Assembly (NCBI GenBank): GCA_028276785.1
Contig: JAPYVP010000015.1
Location: forward strand, 1 to 12,210
Origin: Candidatus Nanopusillus sp.
GTDB taxonomy: Archaea > Nanobdellota > Nanobdellia > Nanobdellales > Nanobdellaceae
Direction: 5' to 3'
Length of the DNA stretch: 12,210 nt
In this document: piece by piece, positions 1-6,053 of the stretch
Position numbering within the stretch: position 1 is the first letter of the stretch
Layout: every line of letters begins with the position of its first letter
Notes under the pieces: generated by a model
Seen by the model: the letters and a program-made list of their open reading frames with translations, nothing else
Databases searched by the model: none
What the model was told of the DNA's origin: nothing
Position numbers and translations under genes: made by a program

Positions 1-33
1 AAAGTTTGGTTGAAAAGAAATTAATAGTATAGA

Positions 34-639
34 CTATATTTTTTCAAATACTCTCTTAAAATAATCTGTAATATTTTTTATATTCTTAAATAGAGGATAA
101 AATTGGGGTTTATATACTTTGTTTCCCCATTTTTCAAAAAATGTTATATCATATAAATTTGGTCTAATTGGTTCTTTTGGCTTTTCATTTGGATATCCCA
201 TTGCAATTATGATATGTATATTTTTATCTTTTGGTATTTCTAAAAGATTTTTTATACCTTCTTCATTAAAAGAACCTATCCAACAGGTTCCAATGTTCTT
301 ATCAGTAGCAGCTAATAAAATATTTTCTGCTATTGCTGCAGTATCTTGTATTGCAAATATTTGTCCTTTTTCTCCATATAATGATTTTAATTTATTGTCA
401 TCAGATATAATAATTATCAATGTATTTGCATCTTTTATAAAATCTTGACCGGCAAATTCGGAAATTTTCTTTATCTTTTCGGGATCTTTTACAATGATAA
501 AATAATAATGTGATATATTTCCAGCTATTGGTGCTAATATTCCTAGGGATAGTATTTCCAATATATCTTCGTATGGAATATCATCATCTAAATATTTCCT
601 AATACTTCTTCTATTTCTTATAGCATCTTTTAATTCCAT
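34..639 (-). CDS. nitroreductase-family FMN oxidoreductase
   Basis: 201-aa ORF. The N-terminal AIRNRRSIRKY motif and the size are typical of the nitroreductase fold. A TATA-like TTTTATAAAA (659-668) lies 20-29 nt upstream of the ATG. Confidence 0.7.
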   Translation of the reverse strand: MELKDAIRNRRSIRKYLDDDIPYEDILEILSLGILAPIAGNISHYYFIIVKDPEKIKKISEFAGQDFIKDANTLIIIISDDNKLKSLYGEKGQIFAIQDTAAIAENILLAATDKNIGTCWIGSFNEEGIKNLLEIPKDKNIHIIIAMGYPNEKPKEPIRPNLYDITFFEKWGNKVYKPQFYPLFKNIKNITDYFKRVFEKI

Positions 640-658
640 AATATTTCTTTATTTTTTG

Positions 659-668
659 TTTTATAAAA
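659..668 (-). promoter_or_regulatory. TATA-like box for the nitroreductase gene
   Basis: TTTTATAAAA lies 20-29 nt upstream of the ATG at 639. Confidence 0.4.
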
Positions 669-672
669 GATT

Positions 673-1032
673 TTATTTTTTATATGAAAATGAAGAAATT
701 ATTGTAAAGAGCAAGAGTATTGAAAACACATAATGGTCATTTATGGTATTTAATAATGTTAGAAATATTATTATTGATATTTGTAGTACAATAATGATAT
801 TTTTGTAATGTTTTTTATAAATTAATATATAAATAAAAGCAAATATTATCATATAATAATTGAAATAAACAAGAAAAATTAATAATATCAATGAAATAAT
901 CTGCATTTTTTTATAATATTTTTCAATATCATCTTCTATATATCTTCTTGTATATGTAGATATTATCAAAGCAAGCAACAATATTAAAAATATAAATGTT
1001 TGATCCAATGATGGGATTATGTAATTTTCCAT
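673..1032 (-). CDS. small integral membrane protein, function unknown
   Basis: 119-aa ORF with 3-4 long hydrophobic I/L/F-rich segments. I recognise no motif. Coding status rests only on ORF length and the hydrophobicity pattern in an AT-rich background. Confidence 0.4.
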   Translation of the reverse strand: MENYIIPSLDQTFIFLILLLALIISTYTRRYIEDDIEKYYKKMQIISLILLIFLVYFNYYMIIFAFIYILIYKKHYKNIIIVLQISIIIFLTLLNTINDHYVFSILLLFTIISSFSYKK

Positions 1033-1931
1033 TTATATTATATTCTATGAATAATAATTATAATACTTTGCTTATAACTGAAAAAGGTTTAGAGAATATT
1101 ACAATTAAGGAAATAGAAAAAATATTAAATAGAAGTATAGATTATAATTTAATTGAAAAGAAAAACAAAATTTTAATTTATATAAATTTAAGTTTTGAAG
1201 AAAGATTAAATTTGTTGTTTAATTCTAGAACAATAGATAATATATTATATATGAAAGGAGATAAATATAAATATTTTCTATTAAAAAATCTATATGAAAG
1301 AGGATATCAACTAAAAAAGATTGAAAAATTAAAATCAACATTAGTAAATAAAATTATATACTATTCAAATATGGGGGAAAATGAAGAAATATTAAATATA
1401 ATGGATGATGGTTCTTTTTCCATAGAACAGGGTATATATATAAAAAATATATTACCAATATTCTGGAGAAGAAAGGAAATTTCTAAATATATGGATTATT
1501 TTGAAAAATATATGAATATAAGGAAAAAAGTTAATATTAAAATATACTGTGTTAATAAAGATAAAAATAAATTATTGTTAATAGAGAGAAATTCTGAGAA
1601 CGCATTGGTAAATGACATAATATTTTTTAGAAGGTTGGATATAGAATGGATTGATTTAAAATTCAAAAATGGATCGATCGATAAAATATTTGCTTTTAGA
1701 ATAAAGAAAAATCCAGAATTAAATATAAAAGATAAATATATTTTTTATCATTCAGACAAATTGTTAAAAGATAAGGGAAAATTATATCTATTATTATATA
1801 GTTATGATTATAAAAAAATCTTAGAGAATATAATAAATTATATTAAAAAGTATTCATTAATATATGTTGATTCATTTTATCTATATAATTATAATAAAAA
1901 ATTGCTTTTAATTGTATTAGAAAAAATTTAA
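996..1931 (+). CDS. divergent THUMP-type RNA methyltransferase-like protein (Trm14/TrmG10/RlmL-like), possibly catalytically eroded; start uncertain
   Basis: LLITEKGLENITIKEIEKIL resembles the N-terminus of THUMP methyltransferases. LYERGYQ...KLKSTLVNKII resembles the LHKRGYR...PLKETLAAAML linker. ILNIMDDGSFSIEQ sits where motif I (DPMCGSGT) is expected. Alternative starts are at 1011 and 1047. Position 996 is only the longest-ORF start and overlaps the divergent gene. Confidence 0.4.
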   Translation: MFDPMMGLCNFPFILYSMNNNYNTLLITEKGLENITIKEIEKILNRSIDYNLIEKKNKILIYINLSFEERLNLLFNSRTIDNILYMKGDKYKYFLLKNLYERGYQLKKIEKLKSTLVNKIIYYSNMGENEEILNIMDDGSFSIEQGIYIKNILPIFWRRKEISKYMDYFEKYMNIRKKVNIKIYCVNKDKNKLLLIERNSENALVNDIIFFRRLDIEWIDLKFKNGSIDKIFAFRIKKNPELNIKDKYIFYHSDKLLKDKGKLYLLLYSYDYKKILENIINYIKKYSLIYVDSFYLYNYNKKLLLIVLEKI

Positions 1932-1934
1932 AAA
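1927..1934 (+). promoter_or_regulatory. TATA-like box for the Zn-ribbon/ef1b/rgy operon
   Basis: TTTAAAAA overlaps the upstream stop codon. It lies 23-30 nt from ATG 1957 and 11-18 nt from ATG 1945. Confidence 0.4.
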
Positions 1935-1944
1935 TGATTTACTT

Positions 1945-2130
1945 ATGAATTTTATTATGGATATAACTGAATTAGAAAAAACAAATGTGTTGAGAAACTT
2001 AATAGTAAGTGATACAGTAGTAAGATTTATATGTCCAAACTGTGGTCAAGGAGTAATAATAAGGAGTAATAAAGAGAAGAAGTTGGGTTTGGAATGGAAA
2101 TGTCCAGTTTGCGGTTATACCGGACCATAA
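1945..2130 (+). CDS. small Zn-ribbon protein of the type found upstream of aEF-1beta (COG2888-like)
   Basis: 61 aa with CPNCG ... CPVCGYTGP; family members typically end in CPxCGFxGP. It sits 1 nt upstream of the EF-1beta gene, the conserved archaeal arrangement. ATG at 1957 is an alternative start, 23-30 nt from the TATA box at 1927-1934. Confidence 0.65.
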   Translation: MNFIMDITELEKTNVLRNLIVSDTVVRFICPNCGQGVIIRSNKEKKLGLEWKCPVCGYTGP

Positions 2131-2131
2131 G

Positions 2132-2410
2132 ATGGGAAGATATGTTGTTATAACATTAAGAATATCTCCAAATGATGTTGATGTAGATTTAGAAAAAATA
2201 AACGAAAAAGTAAAGGATATAATAAAAAATTTTGGTGGTCAATATTTATCTCACGAAATACAACCAATAGCCTTTGGATTAAATTCCCTAAATGTTAAGT
2301 TTTTATATCCAGATCAAGAATTTAGAGAGGAAGAATTATTAAATCAAATAAATAGCATAGAGGGGGTGAGTAGTTCTGAAGTTATTTCAGTATCCTTGGC
2401 CCAGTTATAA
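2132..2410 (+). CDS. ef1b: translation elongation factor aEF-1beta
   Basis: 92 aa. The N-terminal MGxxVVxxxxxPxxxDVDLE, the central PIAFGLxxLxV and the C-terminal IEGVSSxEV match archaeal EF-1beta in motifs and length. Confidence 0.85.
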   Translation: MGRYVVITLRISPNDVDVDLEKINEKVKDIIKNFGGQYLSHEIQPIAFGLNSLNVKFLYPDQEFREEELLNQINSIEGVSSSEVISVSLAQL

Positions 2411-4314
2411 TGTATATTTTTAAAGAATTTTCAGAAATAAATATAAAAGAATTAAAAAAAGAAATAGAAAAAGAAAGACAATTAATTAAAGATATAAAAG
2501 CTGGAAAAATATACAAAGAACAAAAGGAATTAATAAAGGTTATTTTATTTATTGTTGAATCACCAAATAAGGTAAAAACAATTTCTTCATTTTTTGGAAG
2601 ACCATCAATTAGAAATGTTGGTGGATTAAAAGTTTATGAAGTTTCTTTAGGAAATATATATTTACTAATTACTGCATCAAAAGGTCATATTTTAGAATTG
2701 ACAACAGACAATATTGGTTTATTTGGTATAGAGAGGAAGAATGGAGTATTTTATCCATATTATAATACAATTAAAAGATGTTTATCTTGTGGAAATCAAT
2801 TTACCGAATATAAAGATGGAAAATGTCCATACTGTGGATCTACAAATGTTGATGATTCAATAAATAGGATAAAGGCACTACAAGAATTAGCTATGGAAGT
2901 AGATCAGATTATAATTGGAACAGATCCAGATACAGAAGGTGAAATGATTGCATATTCTTTATATTTAGTATTATATCCATTTAATAGAAATATTAAAAGG
3001 GCTGAATTTCATGAAGTTACGAAAACAGCAATATTAAATGCTTTAGAAAATTTAAGAGATATTGATTTAAATTTAGTAAAATCTCAAGTTGTTAGGAGAA
3101 TTGAAGACAGGTGGCTAGGGTTTAGTTTATCACAGATTGTTCAGAAATATTTTAATAAAAATTGGTTATCTGCCGGAAGAGTACAAACTCCCGTTCTTGG
3201 TTGGATAATTAATAGATTTAATGAAAGAAATAAGTCTAAGTCATATATTTTAGAATTAAAATTAGAAAATGATAGAAAATTGTATATTGATACTGAAATA
3301 AAGAATAGAAGAGAGATAAATAAAATTATAAAAAATATAAAAAATAAAGAAATAAGTATAGTTGATTATAAAGAGGAAAAAGAAGAAATACAACCATTAC
3401 CTCCATATATTACTAGTACAATTCTACAAGATGCAAATAATATATTAAAAATTGGTGTAGATAGAATAATGCAAATATTACAAGAATTGTTCGAATCCGC
3501 ATTAATAACTTATCATAGAACAGATTCTACAAGAATATCTCCTTTAGGTATATCAATTGCAAAAGATTATATAAGTCAAAAATTTGGAGAAAATTATTTT
3601 ATAGCAAGATCTTGGGGAGAAGGAGGAGCACATGAAGCAATTAGACCAACAAGACCTTTAGATGTTGATATGTTAAGAAATTCTATAGAAAATGGAGAAA
3701 TTGAAGTATATATTAATATGACAAAATATCATTATATAATCTATGATTTAGTATTTACTAGGTTTATTCAATCACAAATGAAACCCGTTTCTGTAATTAA
3801 ATATACAGAAAAGATAAAAATACCAGAAATAAATAAAGAAATGGAATTAAGCGGGGTAAAAGATATAATAGATCATGGATGGGATTTAGTATTTCCATTT
3901 AGAATTAATGTTATGAAAATACAGCCACTACAGAATGGAATAAAAATTGTTGAGGCAATAGGTAAAAAAGTACCTAAGGTTAGATTATATTCTCAGGCAG
4001 ATATCATCAATTTAATGAGGGAAAGAAAGATAGGAAGACCATCAACATATGCAATAATAGTAAAAAAAGTAATGGAGAGGGGTTATGTAATAAATAAAAG
4101 TAATAATCTAATTCCAACAAAATTGGGAATAGATGTATATAACTTTTTAGAAAAAAATTTTGGAGATTTTGTTTCTGAGAAAAGAACAAGAGATTTAGAA
4201 GAAATTATGGATAAAATTTCTGAAAATAAAGAAGATTATAGAAAAGTACTTGAAAGTATATATGAAGAGACAAATATGATAATTGAAAAAGGAAAAAATA
4301 TACAAAAAGAATAA
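2410..4314 (+). CDS. rgy: reverse gyrase, topoisomerase (Toprim/Topo IA) subunit of a split enzyme
   Basis: Toprim motifs IVESPNKVKTISSFFGRPS, ITASKGHILEL and GTDPDTEGE are present. A Cys4 zinc finger CLSCG..CPYCG (2779-2835) is inserted in Toprim, as in reverse gyrase. The active-site motif is LITYHRTDSTRIS, with the Tyr codon at 3511-3513. No SF2 helicase domain lies upstream. The start overlaps the ef1b stop (TAATG). Confidence 0.85.
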   Translation: MYIFKEFSEINIKELKKEIEKERQLIKDIKAGKIYKEQKELIKVILFIVESPNKVKTISSFFGRPSIRNVGGLKVYEVSLGNIYLLITASKGHILELTTDNIGLFGIERKNGVFYPYYNTIKRCLSCGNQFTEYKDGKCPYCGSTNVDDSINRIKALQELAMEVDQIIIGTDPDTEGEMIAYSLYLVLYPFNRNIKRAEFHEVTKTAILNALENLRDIDLNLVKSQVVRRIEDRWLGFSLSQIVQKYFNKNWLSAGRVQTPVLGWIINRFNERNKSKSYILELKLENDRKLYIDTEIKNRREINKIIKNIKNKEISIVDYKEEKEEIQPLPPYITSTILQDANNILKIGVDRIMQILQELFESALITYHRTDSTRISPLGISIAKDYISQKFGENYFIARSWGEGGAHEAIRPTRPLDVDMLRNSIENGEIEVYINMTKYHYIIYDLVFTRFIQSQMKPVSVIKYTEKIKIPEINKEMELSGVKDIIDHGWDLVFPFRINVMKIQPLQNGIKIVEAIGKKVPKVRLYSQADIINLMRERKIGRPSTYAIIVKKVMERGYVINKSNNLIPTKLGIDVYNFLEKNFGDFVSEKRTRDLEEIMDKISENKEDYRKVLESIYEETNMIIEKGKNIQKE

Positions 4315-4328
4315 ACTTATATATAAGT
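4315..4328 (+). promoter_or_regulatory. palindromic TATA element upstream of the TRAM gene
   Basis: ACTTATATATAAGT is a perfect 14-nt palindrome. Its TTATATATAA core lies 20-29 nt upstream of ATG 4346. Confidence 0.45.
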
Positions 4329-4345
4329 TATTTTAATATTAATTA

Positions 4346-4573
4346 ATGGCTGTTAGGGGAATAAAAGTTGGAGATATATATGAAGTAGAGATAAAGAGTT
4401 TGACACAAAGGGGAGATGGATTTGCTAGGATAAAGGGAGTTGCGACTTTTGTAAAGAATGTAAATGTTGGTTGGAAAGGTAATGTAAAAGTTATTAAAGT
4501 TGGTCCTACTTATGTAGTTGCTGAACCCACTACAACTGGAGAATCTAAAGATTCAAACCAGAGCGATTTTTAA
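4346..4573 (+). CDS. stand-alone TRAM-domain RNA-binding protein
   Basis: 75 aa. VGDIYEVEIKSLTQRGDGFARIKGVATFVKNVNVGWKGNVKVIKVGPTYVVAE matches the small archaeal TRAM beta-barrel pattern (GD-G-ARI-G-xxFV). Confidence 0.75.
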   Translation: MAVRGIKVGDIYEVEIKSLTQRGDGFARIKGVATFVKNVNVGWKGNVKVIKVGPTYVVAEPTTTGESKDSNQSDF

Positions 4574-4581
4574 AGATTTAT

Positions 4582-4605
4582 AAAATATTTTTTAAAATAT
4601 TTTTT
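4582..4605 (+). repeat. tandem 12-nt direct repeat AAAATATTTTTT x2, providing two T6 tracts and TATA-like sequence
   Basis: Copies at 4582-4593 and 4594-4605 are identical. They lie between the TRAM stop and the L7Ae start, so they probably act as an oligo-T terminator plus the L7Ae promoter. Confidence 0.5.
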
Positions 4606-4622
4606 ATCTAAATGATGATATC

Positions 4623-5015
4623 ATGATGACAGCTCCATATGTAAAATGGCCCGAAGATGTATTGAATACATTTATACAAAATTACGAAGCAAAAGTATAT
4701 GAATTATTTGAAAGAGCAAAACAAAGTGGAAAAATTAGGAAGGGAGTAAATGAAACTACAAAGGCAATAGATAGAGGACAGGCAAAATTGGTAGCAATTG
4801 CGTTAGATGTAGATCCTCCAGAAATAGTAATGCATATACCGGCATTATGTGAAGAAAAAGGGGTAACTTATGTATATGTTTCTTCTAAACAAAAATTGGG
4901 ACAATCTTGTGGTATAAATACACAAGCATCTACTGCCGCAATAATAGAACCTGGTGAAGGAAAGCAAATTATGGATGAAATAGTAAAGGCACTTAATACG
5001 TTGCTAAAGAAATAA
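4623..5015 (+). CDS. rpl7ae: 50S ribosomal protein L7Ae (eL8), k-turn binding protein
   Basis: 130 aa. KGVNETTKAIDRGQAKLVAIALDVDPPEIVMHIPALCEEKGVTYVYVSSKQKLGQSCG is the canonical L7Ae core. Confidence 0.95.
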   Translation: MMTAPYVKWPEDVLNTFIQNYEAKVYELFERAKQSGKIRKGVNETTKAIDRGQAKLVAIALDVDPPEIVMHIPALCEEKGVTYVYVSSKQKLGQSCGINTQASTAAIIEPGEGKQIMDEIVKALNTLLKK

Positions 5016-5025
5016 ACTTTATAAA

Positions 5026-5032
5026 TTTTTTT
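5026..5032 (+). terminator. oligo-T (T7) archaeal termination signal after rpl7ae
   Basis: A T7 run lies 11 nt after the stop codon. Confidence 0.4.
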
Positions 5033-5041
5033 ATTATTATA

Positions 5042-5097
5042 TGTAGATTAATATAAGTAAAGAAAAATTTATAAAGCTTTGTGTAGATATATATAAT
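5042..5097 (+). repeat. direct repeat TGTAGAT(T/A)(A/T)ATATAA flanking the orphan-gene TATA box
   Basis: The sequences at 5042-5057 (TGTAGATTAATATAAG) and 5082-5097 (TGTAGATATATATAAT) match at 13 of 16 positions, 40 nt apart. The second copy ends at the ATG. Confidence 0.4.
5068..5075 (+). promoter_or_regulatory. TATA box (with purine-rich BRE-like AGAAAAA upstream) for the 308-aa orphan
   Basis: TTTATAAA lies 23-30 nt upstream of ATG 5098. Confidence 0.5.
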
Positions 5098-6024
5098 ATG
5101 GCGTTAGAAGCTCTTATCGGAAAATATATGGATCAAATAAGTAAAGACACCAATTTAGGTCAACAAATATATAATAAACTAATAAATTCTATTAACGAGG
5201 CTTTAGGGTCTACTGTAAGACAAATAGATATGCAATTAGATCCAAAATTCAATAAAGCATTAAAGTATATAATTGGAGGGTTTACTATAAGTTCAACTAA
5301 AGATGGTATAAATCCATCACAATTATATGGAGAAATGGTAAATATATACAAGCAAAATTTATTCGGAAATGATCAATTAGCAAATATTTATATGCTATCA
5401 GCATTATATATAAGAGCTCTCAAAAAATTGGGGTATCCAGATCCGGTTACTGGTAAAAAAGAATATACAAATATCGCTAGGCAAGAAAGAGAAAATGTAC
5501 AAAATATTGTAAATATGGTTGGAGATTTGTTAGCAAAATCTCTACATGAATATTATAAATCAATAGGTAAAGATGTAACGGAGGAGGAGATTGCAGCAAA
5601 TCTGTATGTATATGCTTCAGCATTCTATAGCGAGTATGCTGGAATAATAAATAAAGTAAGATCATATATAACATCAAAGACACCAAATGTAACACTATTA
5701 GAATCTACAACTAGACTAATGTCTACATTAGATGATATATTTATGTCTTCTATAGAAAGCTTAATATATACAATGTATTCAAAGGTGCAAATTCCTGGAG
5801 TAGTATCATTAATATTAAATTCTTGGGGTCAATACGGATTCTATAGGAATTGGTTTGATATAGTGTCTAGTAGAATTGGTGGCTATGTAAGTCCAAGACT
5901 ACAACAACCTCTACAACCACCGGCAAGCCAACAACCAGCTCCTCAGCAGCAACAAGCTCCACAAGGTGGACAATCGGCAAACCAATTTAGACAACCACCA
6001 GGTCCACATGTGCTAAAGCCATAA
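5098..6024 (+). CDS. hypothetical protein with C-terminal Gln/Pro-rich low-complexity tail
   Basis: 308-aa ORF with its own TATA box 23-30 nt upstream. Its composition is much less K/I/N-biased than the neighbouring genes. The last ~45 aa are QQPLQPPASQQPAPQQQQAPQGGQSANQFRQPPGP. I recognise no family. Confidence 0.65.
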   Translation: MALEALIGKYMDQISKDTNLGQQIYNKLINSINEALGSTVRQIDMQLDPKFNKALKYIIGGFTISSTKDGINPSQLYGEMVNIYKQNLFGNDQLANIYMLSALYIRALKKLGYPDPVTGKKEYTNIARQERENVQNIVNMVGDLLAKSLHEYYKSIGKDVTEEEIAANLYVYASAFYSEYAGIINKVRSYITSKTPNVTLLESTTRLMSTLDDIFMSSIESLIYTMYSKVQIPGVVSLILNSWGQYGFYRNWFDIVSSRIGGYVSPRLQQPLQPPASQQPAPQQQQAPQGGQSANQFRQPPGPHVLKP

Positions 6025-6053
6025 AATAATAAGTAGTATTATCATAAAATAAG

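Noticed and set aside
119-448. 109-aa plus-strand ORF opposite the nitroreductase gene
   Set aside because: It lies entirely antisense to a gene with clear family motifs. The product is a low-complexity F/S/I-rich shadow ORF typical of AT-rich DNA.
4007-4189. 60-aa minus-strand ORF inside the reverse gyrase gene
   Set aside because: Antisense shadow ORF with no motifs and no promoter-like context.
5160-5695. Two minus-strand ORFs (5160-5351 and 5477-5695) inside the 308-aa orphan
   Set aside because: They are short, antisense and L/Y/I-rich. The plus-strand frame is far longer, has a promoter at correct spacing, and has a more protein-like composition.
6020-6053. CATAAAATAA occurring twice (6020-6029 and 6043-6052) before the glycosyltransferase start
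   Set aside because: It is low-complexity A/T sequence. The first copy is probably just the TATA-like box overlapping the upstream stop. This is too weak to call a regulatory repeat.
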